A stretch of 64,000 nucleotides of DNA from assembly GCA_966128725.1 (NCBI GenBank), contig CBHYLN010000005.1:6576-70575 (forward strand), in the 5' to 3' direction. Below the pieces are notes generated by a model. The model was not told the DNA's origin. It did no database searches and was given only the letters and a program-made list of their open reading frames with translations. Numbering within the stretch: position 1 is the stretch's first letter; each line of letters starts with the position of its first letter. Shown in pieces: positions 18,705-28,195 of the stretch. Made by a program: the position numbers and the translations under genes. Source of the stretch: an uncultured bacterium. Its GTDB lineage: Bacteria > Bacteroidota > Ignavibacteria > OLB7.

Positions 18705-19769
18705 TCAGGCTCCCAGAAGTTTCGCGAAGTCGGCCTCGTGCTCCCGAAGCCACTCATAGGTATCGGCTATCACCGCTCGTGCATCGTGCACGGGGCTCCA
18801 GCCGAATCGTTCGATGCCTCGATTGTCGGTGAGGTACCAGATCACATCGGCATGCCGCTGCGCCAACTCGGCGGCGATTGGCACCGTGTTGCCCGTGATC
18901 GTCCGGCACAGCTCGGTAGTCTCGGCAAGCGAAAGGTTTGCCGTGCGCGAGCCGCCGGCATTGTATACGTCGGCATGGCACTCGCCGATCACGGCAAGTT
19001 GCCGGCGCACCAGCTCAACCAGATCGTTGATGTGCAGCAGATCGCGCACCTGCCTGCCGTTGCCGCCAAAGCCGATGTACGACAACGGACGCCGGAAATA
19101 ATGCGCGGCCAGCCAGTAGGTAAACACTCCCTGATCCACCTTGCCCAACTGCCACGGGCCGGCGATCACACCGCAACGATTGATAATCGAGGGCACGCCG
19201 AAGTTCGCGGAGTATTCGGTAAGCAACAGTTCGGCGGCCAGCTTGGTGGCGCCATACAACGATCGCGGGCCGGCCAGCGGAAAATCCACGCCGATCCCCG
19301 CATCGCTTACACCGGTTGCGCCAGCGGGCGCCGAAAGTTCGAACCGGGTATCGAGCTCCTGAAACTCCAACGCATTGATACGCCCGTACGGATACACGCG
19401 CGACGTGGAGAAGAAGAGCACCGCGGCGCCGGTACGCCGCGCGAACTCGAAGCAGTTGACCGCCCCCACAAGGTTCACGTTCACCATGTAGGCCGCCTCG
19501 TTGCCGCTGCTGCCGGCCAGCACCGAGGGTTCGGCGCTGCACTCGACAAGCACATCGCATCGTTCGCCCAGCTTGGCGAAATCCTCCGGGTTGCGAACGT
19601 CGCCGTGCACGAACCGGCAGCCGTGCGCCCGCACACGATCCAGCAACAACTCCGATCCCCTGCGCGAGAGATTATCGAAACACACAACGCTGTGCCCGTC
19701 GGCGGCCAGCGCCACGGCAAGGTTCGAGCCAACAAAGCCGCAGCCGCCAGTGATTACAATGGTGCTCAT
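18705..19769 (-). CDS. NAD-dependent epimerase/dehydratase, paralogue of 17631..18695
   Basis: 'IVITGGCGFVGSNLAVAL' and 'LYGATKLAAELLLTEY'. It has the same length (354 aa) and architecture as its neighbour. Confidence 0.85.
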   Translation of the reverse strand: MSTIVITGGCGFVGSNLAVALAADGHSVVCFDNLSRRGSELLLDRVRAHGCRFVHGDVRNPEDFAKLGERCDVLVECSAEPSVLAGSSGNEAAYMVNVNLVGAVNCFEFARRTGAAVLFFSTSRVYPYGRINALEFQELDTRFELSAPAGATGVSDAGIGVDFPLAGPRSLYGATKLAAELLLTEYSANFGVPSIINRCGVIAGPWQLGKVDQGVFTYWLAAHYFRRPLSYIGFGGNGRQVRDLLHINDLVELVRRQLAVIGECHADVYNAGGSRTANLSLAETTELCRTITGNTVPIAAELAQRHADVIWYLTDNRGIERFGWSPVHDARAVIADTYEWLREHEADFAKLLGA

Positions 19770-19892
19770 GCCTGTGATACCCGCGGGAATGAATTCGGCA
19801 ATCAGCCGAGAAGGGGATCGATCCGGCCGCCGATGCCTGGCAGGGCACGGCCGTTCAACGATGATGCAGAGGGAACCGGCCGGCGCATGTCA

Positions 19893-20675
19893 TCAATCGC
19901 GCAGCCGGCAGAGAAATGTTTTCACAACGGTTGGCTCGCCGATCACCGAAGCCAGATCGTACGCAATGCCGGCGAACTCGGTATGGACCTCCAGCCCGGA
20001 TGCGGCAAAGGCTGCAACCAGGGCGTCGCGGTTGAAACTCAGCTCCACCGTGGGCGCGCCATACGCGGTTTTGCGCAGGTACACCGTGGGGCGGCTGTGG
20101 TGCACCGTCACGGTGTGGAAGATACACCACGAGCGGGCAACACGCGCCGATTCGGCGATCGCCTGCTCGAAGCGCGCGATATGCATCAGCGCTGCCCCGT
20201 TGAACACGATATCGAAGGACTTGTCCGCGAACGGGAGCCCGGTTGCATCGGCACGGACAAAGGGCACGCCGGGGTAACGCGCGCCGGCAAGCGCAACCAT
20301 GGCCTCCGAATAGTCGGACCCCGTGTATCGCACCGGCCGGCCCAGCAGGTATGGCAGGATCTCGGAGTAATAACCGCTGCCGCAGCCAACCTCCAGAATC
20401 TCAGGTTGATCGATGCCCGTTGCAGCCACCGCGTCGGCGGCCGCGCGAAGGTCCTGACGTACCGATCCGGCGCGCATGGCATCCAGCACACGGCCGAACG
20501 CGGCATCCTGGCGCTCGGCAACATCGGGCGCCGCCCACCCATCCAGCCGCAGGGCAAGCGCCTCGTCCCGGGTCACTACCAGGTAGTTCGCCGAGCTGGG
20601 GCCGCGCGCCGCCGGTCCCTTGCCCATCAGGGAACGGACACGCCGAAGGATGGAACGGAGGGTACGCTTCACCAC
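19893..20675 (-). CDS. Class I SAM-dependent methyltransferase
   Basis: 'ILEVGCGSGYYSE' (motif I) and 'FDIVFNGAALMHI'. I placed the start at the GTG at 20675, just after the upstream stop (20698). The start is uncertain. Confidence 0.7.
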   Translation of the reverse strand: MVKRTLRSILRRVRSLMGKGPAARGPSSANYLVVTRDEALALRLDGWAAPDVAERQDAAFGRVLDAMRAGSVRQDLRAAADAVAATGIDQPEILEVGCGSGYYSEILPYLLGRPVRYTGSDYSEAMVALAGARYPGVPFVRADATGLPFADKSFDIVFNGAALMHIARFEQAIAESARVARSWCIFHTVTVHHSRPTVYLRKTAYGAPTVELSFNRDALVAAFAASGLEVHTEFAGIAYDLASVIGEPTVVKTFLCRLRD

Positions 20676-20697
20676 AGTGTTTCCGGCTGGAGTAACA

Positions 20698-21684
20698 TCA
20701 GCGGCCCCGCCGCATACGCCGCAGAACGCGCCCGGGCAACGAAAGCAACCGCCGGCGACGCATCGCCGAACGGCGGGCTGCAACAACGTATTCGATTTCG
20801 CCCCACATACCCCGTGCAACGGGATCATCGCCGAACTGGTCGCGGTAGGCGAACGCCAGATCGGTTGCATGGCCAAGCTGCCCGCAGGCCATCGCGATCA
20901 CCCATGCCAGCGCGTACTCGCGCTCGCCAAGTTCGGCATCGCGCATGCTGGCGATCGTTCGCAGATACCGGGCCTCGCACCACCCCGGCGCCGAGCCGAA
21001 CGTGTGCCGCACGGTGCGCTCGTCCAGATCGGGCCGCAGTTCCTGAAGGCGCGCGAATGTTGCGCGCTGCATGCGCAGCGTTTCCTTGACGGTACACGCG
21101 GCAAGCCAGAATCCACGGCGCATCAACTCACGGTGGGCATCCACGAAATGATCCTCGCCATGGTACGCGTCGATCAACCCGGGTTCGATATCCAGCGCAA
21201 GAAGGCGCGCGGCGCGGGCCTCGCCAAGGCCGGCGAAAATACGCAGGTCGGTTCCCTGACTGTCCACCTTCAGCCAATCCACCGACGCCAGCCGCAGGCG
21301 GTCGGCAATGGCCGCCAGCGTTGCCGCAGGCACCGTAACGCTCCGCTCCACGGTGAACAGATCGGCGAAGAGATACGCGGCCAGCGATTCGGCGTCCGGC
21401 ATCAACACGCTTGAGCAGAACGGCGAGCGCGTAAGATGGAACGTGACGCTGGCAACGTCGGCACGGTCGGTCACGGCCTCGTTCACCATCGTAGCCCTGG
21501 CGAACGGCGTGCCGGCAGGCTCGTGCAGCTCGCGGCTGTCGGGATCGAACCCCACGTAATGCACAAACGGAGCAAGCCCGCGCCATATCTCCGGTGGCGC
21601 GTCGGACGCGCCAACGTCCACGAACACGGGCACCGGGCTCATCCCGGCAAGAGTCCGGGCAAGGGTCTGCGGCCTGATTATCAT
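20698..21684 (-). CDS. FkbM-like methyltransferase with a C-terminal extension
   Basis: 'VFVDVGASDAPPEIW' and 'VDWLKVDSQGTDLRIFAGLGE' resemble the FkbM family core. The C-terminal 130 aa or so are unassigned. Confidence 0.6.
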   Translation of the reverse strand: MIIRPQTLARTLAGMSPVPVFVDVGASDAPPEIWRGLAPFVHYVGFDPDSRELHEPAGTPFARATMVNEAVTDRADVASVTFHLTRSPFCSSVLMPDAESLAAYLFADLFTVERSVTVPAATLAAIADRLRLASVDWLKVDSQGTDLRIFAGLGEARAARLLALDIEPGLIDAYHGEDHFVDAHRELMRRGFWLAACTVKETLRMQRATFARLQELRPDLDERTVRHTFGSAPGWCEARYLRTIASMRDAELGEREYALAWVIAMACGQLGHATDLAFAYRDQFGDDPVARGMWGEIEYVVAARRSAMRRRRLLSLPGRVLRRMRRGR

Positions 21685-21779
21685 CGGTTCACCGGACGTG
21701 TACGTATCGTTGCCATGAATATCTCATTTGCCATGATCACCGCCAGCCGCCGCGCCCGATCACCGGCGCACGGCATGCG

Positions 21780-22913
21780 TCACGCAGGCAGATGCCGCTC
21801 CAGAATCCGGGCCAGCTCGGCCATTCGGCGGGCGTAATTATGATCGCGTAATGTTCGCTGCTGCCCGGCGTGCGCAATCGCCGCACGCTCCTCCTCGTGT
21901 TTCAGGTAATAACCGATCAGCTCGGCGCATTCCCCGGGGCTTCGATACGCCACCACTTCCCGCCCTGGCTCGAACATCTCGTGCAGGTTTTCCTTCCAAT
22001 CGGTCATCAACAACGTGCCGGCCCCGGTTGCCTCGAACAGACGCATGTTGTTGGCAAACGGACCTGCGATGCCGATATGATGGTTCAGCGTGATGCGCGA
22101 ACCGGCCAGCACCTCGTACATCGCCCGGCCCCACACAGGGCCGTGGTGCCGATTGCGCAGCACCGAGCCGGCAGGCAGGCGCTCGGCCCCCTTGCCCCAG
22201 ATATCGATGCCGATCGTGTTGGCGAGGAACTCCAGCAGCTCGCCGCGCGCGCCATGATGACCCGATACGCTGCCAACAAACGACAGATCAACCGCGGCGC
22301 GCTGTGGCGACAATGCATCCAGCACGCGCGGATCGAATGCAAAGCGGTTAAGCTCGCTGGCGATACCCCGGGTTCGGAACCGTGTCACGAAATTCGGCAG
22401 CGACGAGATGATCAGATCATACGCGCCCAGATCCTCGCGGTCGCTCAGCGGCGAGGCAACCTGCCCCACCACCAGGCGCACCGCCGGCTTCAGCGATCGA
22501 AGGAATGTGCCGCTGAACCCGTCCATGATCTGGTTCAATACCACATCGGGGCGGAAGCTCTCGATCTGCGCGCGCAACACGTCGTACATCCAACGGGTAT
22601 CGGCAACCGGCGAAACCCACGGCACAAAGCCGCCGCGCAATCGCACACCAAGCCGCGTTGCGCCCTCCGGTTGCAGGGCCAATCCGTGCTCGCGCGCCCA
22701 CGCCCGCTGCATCGGCTCGTTGTTCATGTGCAGCTCGCACGCCTCGTGGCCCAGCGCTCGCAGATTGTGCGAGTAGAAATCGGCAACCCCGAACAGGCTG
22801 GCGTTCCGGGCCCCCATCTGCCCGGCATACGGCTCGGCCGCAAGCCCGGGCGTGGAATCATACAGCCAGCGCAGGAAGTCCGTGTAGTCGGAATTGATGA
22901 TCGCTATGCGCAT
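21780..22913 (-). CDS. CgeB-like glycosyltransferase (DUF3880 + Glyco_trans_1_2-like)
   Basis: 'MRIAIINSDYTDF...' at the N-terminus. The C-terminal 'NMRLFEATGAGTLLMTDWKENLHEMFEPGREVVAY' is typical of the CgeB family. Confidence 0.6.
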   Translation of the reverse strand: MRIAIINSDYTDFLRWLYDSTPGLAAEPYAGQMGARNASLFGVADFYSHNLRALGHEACELHMNNEPMQRAWAREHGLALQPEGATRLGVRLRGGFVPWVSPVADTRWMYDVLRAQIESFRPDVVLNQIMDGFSGTFLRSLKPAVRLVVGQVASPLSDREDLGAYDLIISSLPNFVTRFRTRGIASELNRFAFDPRVLDALSPQRAAVDLSFVGSVSGHHGARGELLEFLANTIGIDIWGKGAERLPAGSVLRNRHHGPVWGRAMYEVLAGSRITLNHHIGIAGPFANNMRLFEATGAGTLLMTDWKENLHEMFEPGREVVAYRSPGECAELIGYYLKHEEERAAIAHAGQQRTLRDHNYARRMAELARILERHLPA

Positions 22914-24313
22914 CAGCCGTTGCCTCCGCGTGGGCCAGGCGCCCCGTTGCGGGCAGGCGATGTGTTGCCATCGACGGCTTCATCGGTCCAGGCCAGCAAT
23001 GCCCGGGCCTGGCGAGCGGTTGCCTCCGTGCGCCGATCCGGCTCCGCGCCGGACTCCACTTCCAACGCCGTCTGTATGCTCCAGCGATGCGACTCGTTGC
23101 GCATCAGATTCAGCAACATCAGCGGGTTGCCGATCGGCGGAAGCCCCCGCGCCGGGGCCTTGCCAAATCGGCCCCGCAACGAGGCCATCAGCCGCCCAAC
23201 ATTGGCGCGCACGCCGCCGTCGGCAACAGCGCCGGCCGCGCGTTGAAGCCATCGCCGATACCGTGTATCCCAAAGGTGCACCGCCATCTCCTGCCAGCAC
23301 GCGGCATACAGGTCCGCCTTGGCCAGCACGTCGCCCGCGTTTCGCAGGTGTTCCAGATATGGCGCCGCGTCGGTTATGATCTCCGCGGGTTCGCCGGCTG
23401 CGCAACTGATGGGCAACACATCGGCGGCGACGATACGGCGGCCCAGGAACTGGATCTCAACGGCCAGCCCCCATTCGGTTTTCGGATAACGCGCCGCGTC
23501 CGGATAATCGAACACGAAGTTCCCAAGGCTGTACAGGATCAGCCCGTTGCCATACTGCTCCCACGGCTGCGGCACATGCGGATGATGCCCCACAACCACG
23601 CTGGCCCCGGCGTCGATAAACGAGCGCAGCCGCATGCGGCATTCCGGCGGCGGCAGCGGTATTTCCTCCACGCCGCCATGCGCCAGCACAACCACCACAT
23701 CGTACTGTCGGGCGGCCTCGGCGATACGCGCCAGGGTGTCGGCATGCCCGCACCAGGCCGTGCCGGCCGCATCACCTTCGGCAACACCGAACTCCTTCTC
23801 GCAGCAGCCGATCACCGCCAGCCTCATGCCGCCGGGAACATCGAACACGGCGGGCGCAAGCGCGGCATCGTGATTCTCGCCCGCCCCGCACGTGGCAAGG
23901 CCGGCCTCACGGCAGGCGCGCGCGGTGTGCGCCATCGCCGCGGCGCCAAAATCCATGCTGTGATTATTGGCCAGCGTAACGCCGCCGAAGCCGCACGCGG
24001 CAAGCGCGCGCGGCGTTGCCGCGTCGATCGCTACCGGAGGCCCCGATTTCGGCACGGGCGCGGCGCCGCCACGTATCGCCCCTTCCAGATTGCCCAGCGC
24101 CACATCAGCCGCGCCGATGCGTTCGGCAAGCCGTGGGCCTGCAATGGCCGCGCGGCCATCGGCATCGGCAACCGTGGCATCCAGCCGGCCGGCAACACAG
24201 ATATCACCAACGGCAAACAACGTCCACCGCTGCGCGCCCGTATCGTTGCCGGCGCCGGCGTCGGCACTCATGCCCGGGAAGGTGATATGGTTCGCGTTAT
24301 CCTTCACGATCAT
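22913..24313 (-). CDS. CapA/PGA_cap-family metallophosphoesterase-fold protein
   Basis: 'FAVGDI', 'LGNLEGAI', 'TLANNHSMDFG', 'CGAGEN', 'VVVLAHGGVEE' and 'VVGHHPHVPQPWE'. The start ATG at 24313 forms a TGATG overlap with the upstream stop. Confidence 0.8.
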   Translation of the reverse strand: MIVKDNANHITFPGMSADAGAGNDTGAQRWTLFAVGDICVAGRLDATVADADGRAAIAGPRLAERIGAADVALGNLEGAIRGGAAPVPKSGPPVAIDAATPRALAACGFGGVTLANNHSMDFGAAAMAHTARACREAGLATCGAGENHDAALAPAVFDVPGGMRLAVIGCCEKEFGVAEGDAAGTAWCGHADTLARIAEAARQYDVVVVLAHGGVEEIPLPPPECRMRLRSFIDAGASVVVGHHPHVPQPWEQYGNGLILYSLGNFVFDYPDAARYPKTEWGLAVEIQFLGRRIVAADVLPISCAAGEPAEIITDAAPYLEHLRNAGDVLAKADLYAACWQEMAVHLWDTRYRRWLQRAAGAVADGGVRANVGRLMASLRGRFGKAPARGLPPIGNPLMLLNLMRNESHRWSIQTALEVESGAEPDRRTEATARQARALLAWTDEAVDGNTSPARNGAPGPRGGNG

Positions 24314-26085
24314 CACAACAATCTCAGCGCAAGCGCCTGCAGGGCCTCCAGCCTGTTCACCGCCTGCAGATCGCCGACAACGGCCGCCGCGCGTGCCGCC
24401 GCAACCGCATCCGGCTGGATCCATTCATCAAGCGCCCGGCCCGCCTGCGGGATCGGCCACAACGCCGCATCGCCGCCGGCGCGCATCGCGTCCTGCTCCA
24501 GCGTGTTGCGGGTTGGGTTGAACATCTTCAACGGACCAAGGCGAAGCGGCCGGGGGAGCACCGAGGCAACACCGCGCGAAGCAAGATAGCCGCGCGTCAT
24601 CTTGAACGGCGCGTTCAGGAAGGAGACCGGGATGTCGGCAACGGACTTCAGATTCCGGTTCACCATCTCGATCTGGAGCCGTCGCCCCTCCAGCGCCGTG
24701 CGCGGCAACGACAGCGTGAAGCGCGCCAGCTCGCGATCCACGAACGGCGTTCCCACACCCTTCCAATAGTCATACATCATCGGCTGGTAGTAGGAGAACC
24801 CGAACACATGGCTCCAGTGAAACGCCATCCACACCTTCTGGAAATGCGCGCCATCCACGCCGCGATACTCGGCCTCGAGTTCCGTGTTGATCGCATCAAG
24901 CGCGCTCTCGAGCTCACCGCCAAGCGCAGGCCCCGCCGCCGCCCGCAGTTCCCGGGCGCTCCACATGTACCACTTGTCGGTAAGGCGCTGCAGCATCGTG
25001 CGATCGCCGGGCGCCATCGCCGCGGTCTGCGCGCCGCCGTGCGGGTCGCCGATATAGCCGGTGACAATCGGCTCCGGCTGATTGCGCACGGCTTCCAGAA
25101 ACGGCATCTGATACATGCCATGGAAATGCATGGCGCTGCCGAACCAGTCGCCCCACATCGGCGTATGCCGCGCAAGGTATTCGGTGCCCATTGCAACCCG
25201 CTGCCACGGCAATCCCAGGCGCTCGGCAACACGCCGCGCGAACAACGTATCCTTCCAGCCGGCCGGGCCATAGGTCCAGGCACGCATCGGTATGCCGGCC
25301 TGGGTACCAATCGCCGCGATCAATCGCGAGTCCACCCCGCCGGACAGCGGCAGCGTCCAGGCCGGCGCCGTGCGCAGCGATCGCAGTATGGCATCGCGCA
25401 TCCGCTCGAACATCTCGTCGGCAAGCTCGGCCCAGCCGCGATCCCAGCGCTCGTCGCTTGGCGCCACACTCCACATGCGCCGGCAGGCGAAGCCGCCGGA
25501 TTCGTCCCACGCGGCGGCGCAATCGGCCGGCACCACGCGCATGTCGCGGTACAACGTCCAGTCGCCAACGAAATGCCCGTTCAGCAGCAGCGATACAATC
25601 GAGGGGGTCGAGAAATCGGCGGGGGTGTATTCGGCCGACGCAACCACAACGGGCTCCAGCGTGCTGGCAACACGCCCTGCACCAGTTGCTGCATGAAACA
25701 GCGGGATGCTGCCGGCCCAGTCGCTCCAGGCATTCCAGCGCAGGCCATCGGCGGAGATATGCAGCAGCAGCAGCCGGCCATCCCACGGGATGCGGAAATC
25801 CGCTCCACGCCCAAGCGCTACAGCGCGCGCGGCTTCGGCGGCCGTAGCCGGCAAGCCGGCATCACCCACCGGACGGCCAACGCGGACCACAAGGGCACCG
25901 TCGTGCAACACATGCATATCGCCCGCAAGCGCGCCGTGACCCCACACCTCCACCTCGGTGGCGCCTATGGTGCGGCACTCGCGGGCAAGCCACGGGAAAT
26001 GGCCCAATGCCCGGTCGGCCGCGCGGTCACCGGCAAGCGCCGCATGGTCGGCAATCGCCGTGCGCAGACGCAATCCAACAATCAT
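24313..26085 (-). CDS. Asparagine-synthase-like ATP-pyrophosphatase lacking the N-terminal Cys nucleophile
   Basis: The PP-loop 'TLPLSGGVDSRLIAAIG' sits mid-protein. The N-terminus starts MIVGLRL (no MCG). The N-terminal 230 aa or so only vaguely resemble a glutaminase domain. Confidence 0.7.
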   Translation of the reverse strand: MIVGLRLRTAIADHAALAGDRAADRALGHFPWLARECRTIGATEVEVWGHGALAGDMHVLHDGALVVRVGRPVGDAGLPATAAEAARAVALGRGADFRIPWDGRLLLLHISADGLRWNAWSDWAGSIPLFHAATGAGRVASTLEPVVVASAEYTPADFSTPSIVSLLLNGHFVGDWTLYRDMRVVPADCAAAWDESGGFACRRMWSVAPSDERWDRGWAELADEMFERMRDAILRSLRTAPAWTLPLSGGVDSRLIAAIGTQAGIPMRAWTYGPAGWKDTLFARRVAERLGLPWQRVAMGTEYLARHTPMWGDWFGSAMHFHGMYQMPFLEAVRNQPEPIVTGYIGDPHGGAQTAAMAPGDRTMLQRLTDKWYMWSARELRAAAGPALGGELESALDAINTELEAEYRGVDGAHFQKVWMAFHWSHVFGFSYYQPMMYDYWKGVGTPFVDRELARFTLSLPRTALEGRRLQIEMVNRNLKSVADIPVSFLNAPFKMTRGYLASRGVASVLPRPLRLGPLKMFNPTRNTLEQDAMRAGGDAALWPIPQAGRALDEWIQPDAVAAARAAAVVGDLQAVNRLEALQALALRLL

Positions 26086-27395
26086 GACGCCCCCTCCGGC
26101 CCGGGCGATTGCCCAAGCGCGCGGCGCAACTCGGCGAACCTCTCGATTGGCGCTGTTGCATGGGTCGAAGCCTCGCGCCCAAGGTTCAACATCATGGCGT
26201 TACGATCGCGGAGCAGCGACTCGGCAATCGCCGCCACCGCATCGGGCGTCAGCGAATCCGGCACAAGCCGGGTATGGATCATCGCCTCGCGAGGATCGGT
26301 GTACCGCACATGCAGATCCTGCAGGTAGTTGCCCCAGCGGTCGCCCGGCACCAGTTCCAGCACAGCGCCCGCATGCGCCGAGGGCAGCAGCATGTTGCTG
26401 CCGTGAACGCCGATTACCAGATGGCTTGCCGCGTACAACCCGCACCAGTGGCGCTCGGTGGCTTCGTCGATCGCGGCGGCGCGTTCGTCGGCAATCCATG
26501 CCGGCAATCCGCCCGGCGCCCCCGGCCCCACAACACGAAACACCAGCGATGGGAACGCGGCCAGCAACAGATCGGCAAGGGCCACAACGTGCTGGCGTTG
26601 CACATCTGCACGCGCCGAACCCGCCCCCACCGCACGCCCCAGCCGGTCGGCAAGTTTGCGCATCGGCGTATCGTGGCCGCCCCAGACACGATCGTCGCGC
26701 CAGATGAACGTCACCACAGGCCGGGCGGTCACGGTTGCCCACAGCGCCTCATCACTTGGCGCAACACGGGTGAAGCGTTGGATGGCGACGTCGGCCGGAT
26801 GCGGATGCGGCAGCGCCACCGATAGCAGGCACGCGCCGAACTTTTGCACGCGTTGCCCTATCTGCGCAGCCAGCCGATCGTTCCACTCGGCGCCACGGCG
26901 CAGCGGCAGATCAACGCTCCATACTTCGGCTACACCATCGGGCACCAGCCATTGCAGATATCGCGGCACCAGCAGGATCAAATCCACATCCGGGCGATGA
27001 TCGATGTAATACTGGGCGTTGAACAGCTTCAGCAGCGCGTGGCCGTACAGACGATCCAGACAGTTCAGCACAAGCGGCCGCCGCACGGGGCGGTTCGTGC
27101 GAACCGTGAAACCAAGATCCTCGTTCGATCGCGCGGCGTATGCCTGCGCCAGCCACTTGGCGAACCACGGCACACCGTGGGCATCGAACACCTGGCCGGT
27201 TCCGGCATCCAGCAGCATCGGCGTGTACAGCGCCTGCGCAACCGGCAGATCGCCATAATAACGCCGGCCACACGCAGGGCATCCCAACGCCGCAAGCGGT
27301 CGCATCCCGGGCATGTACCAGCCATCGGCAACCAGCCCGGCCGAACAGGCAGGGCAGGCGGCGTTGATCTGTGGTACCGGATGCAGTGTGATCAT
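26082..27395 (-). CDS. Hypothetical protein with an N-terminal CxxC...CxxC zinc ribbon
   Basis: 437 aa with 'CPACSAGL...GCPACGRRYYG'. The remainder suggests two Rossmann-like halves ('VLNCLDRLYGHALLKL', 'LVIGVHGSNMLLPSAHAG'). ATGA overlaps at both ends argue that it is translated. Confidence 0.5.
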   Translation of the reverse strand: MITLHPVPQINAACPACSAGLVADGWYMPGMRPLAALGCPACGRRYYGDLPVAQALYTPMLLDAGTGQVFDAHGVPWFAKWLAQAYAARSNEDLGFTVRTNRPVRRPLVLNCLDRLYGHALLKLFNAQYYIDHRPDVDLILLVPRYLQWLVPDGVAEVWSVDLPLRRGAEWNDRLAAQIGQRVQKFGACLLSVALPHPHPADVAIQRFTRVAPSDEALWATVTARPVVTFIWRDDRVWGGHDTPMRKLADRLGRAVGAGSARADVQRQHVVALADLLLAAFPSLVFRVVGPGAPGGLPAWIADERAAAIDEATERHWCGLYAASHLVIGVHGSNMLLPSAHAGAVLELVPGDRWGNYLQDLHVRYTDPREAMIHTRLVPDSLTPDAVAAIAESLLRDRNAMMLNLGREASTHATAPIERFAELRRALGQSPGPEGAS

Positions 27396-28132
27396 ACTGG
27401 CTTATGTAGATGGTAACACCCAACGCCAAACCCTGACTCCGGCTCGCGAACGAATCGACCACGATAAATGTAGCGCCGCTCACGAATTTCGAATGGCGCA
27501 AACATCGCAACCAAGTATGCCTCACTGAAGGCACGGTGGGCGTTGAAATACACGCGATTGGTATCGTCCAACGGAACCGAGATGTAGAGATCCCCACCGG
27601 GCGCAACCACGCGCTTCAGCTCCGCAATGGCCAACTCGGAACCTGCGGGATCTAGAGGGTCGCCATAACGCCCCAGGCCGATATGCTCAACCACACACAG
27701 GCTGGAGAGCGAAGACAGGCTTCCGTCAGCAAACGGGAGAGCCAGTATCGAACCTTCAACAAAATTCAACGTGTCCAGTGGAAGAGATAGCGGTCGAATG
27801 TCGACCATGGTAACCGGCACAACCTTCGAAAGCAACGCCACGTATTTATGGTGTGACCCAACGTCCACGTGACTTGCGGGCCTGGCCGATACGATCTTCT
27901 CGAATGCCCAGGAGTCCTGATAAAAGTAGATTGGTTCGATCACGGTCTGAGCCGTATCGTCTCCGATACACGGGTACAGGCGCATCGTGGCGATGTCAGC
28001 CGGCGCCATCATACGATATGTACGATAACCGCGCCAGAATCGACGCCATGCACCAACTTCCCGCCACAATGATCGCACCGTTCCTGTTACACGGCGGCGC
28101 AAATGACGAATAGTCCACAGTATCGGCCCCAT
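27392..28132 (-). CDS. Putative SAM-dependent methyltransferase
   Basis: 246 aa. 'HVDVGSHHKYVALL' and 'GSILALPFADGSLSSLSSLCVVEHIGLGRYGD' resemble the methyltransferase type-11 fold. GC is noticeably lower than in the neighbours. Confidence 0.55.
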   Translation of the reverse strand: MGPILWTIRHLRRRVTGTVRSLWREVGAWRRFWRGYRTYRMMAPADIATMRLYPCIGDDTAQTVIEPIYFYQDSWAFEKIVSARPASHVDVGSHHKYVALLSKVVPVTMVDIRPLSLPLDTLNFVEGSILALPFADGSLSSLSSLCVVEHIGLGRYGDPLDPAGSELAIAELKRVVAPGGDLYISVPLDDTNRVYFNAHRAFSEAYLVAMFAPFEIRERRYIYRGRFVREPESGFGVGCYHLHKPV

Positions 28133-28195
28133 TAGGACGCCACAAGATTATCGATCATACAACTTGATGCTCTCATCGAAAATTCGTCCCTACGC

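Noticed and set aside
17412-21089. 1225-aa plus-strand ORF spanning four minus-strand genes
   Set aside because: The translation is Arg/Gly/His/Pro-rich with no recognisable motifs. The opposite strand encodes well-supported SDR, methyltransferase and FkbM-like proteins. It is a typical high-GC shadow ORF.
22913-24313. Poly-gamma-glutamate capsule synthesis (CapA)
   Set aside because: No CapB/PgsB ligase or CapC/PgsC is present in the window. CapA-fold proteins occur widely outside PGA systems.
24313-26085. Lasso-peptide cyclase (AsnB-like C protein)
   Set aside because: A Cys-less AsnB homologue fits lasso cyclases. However, there is no precursor peptide ORF, no transglutaminase-like B protease and no RRE nearby. 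The context is an O-antigen exporter operon.
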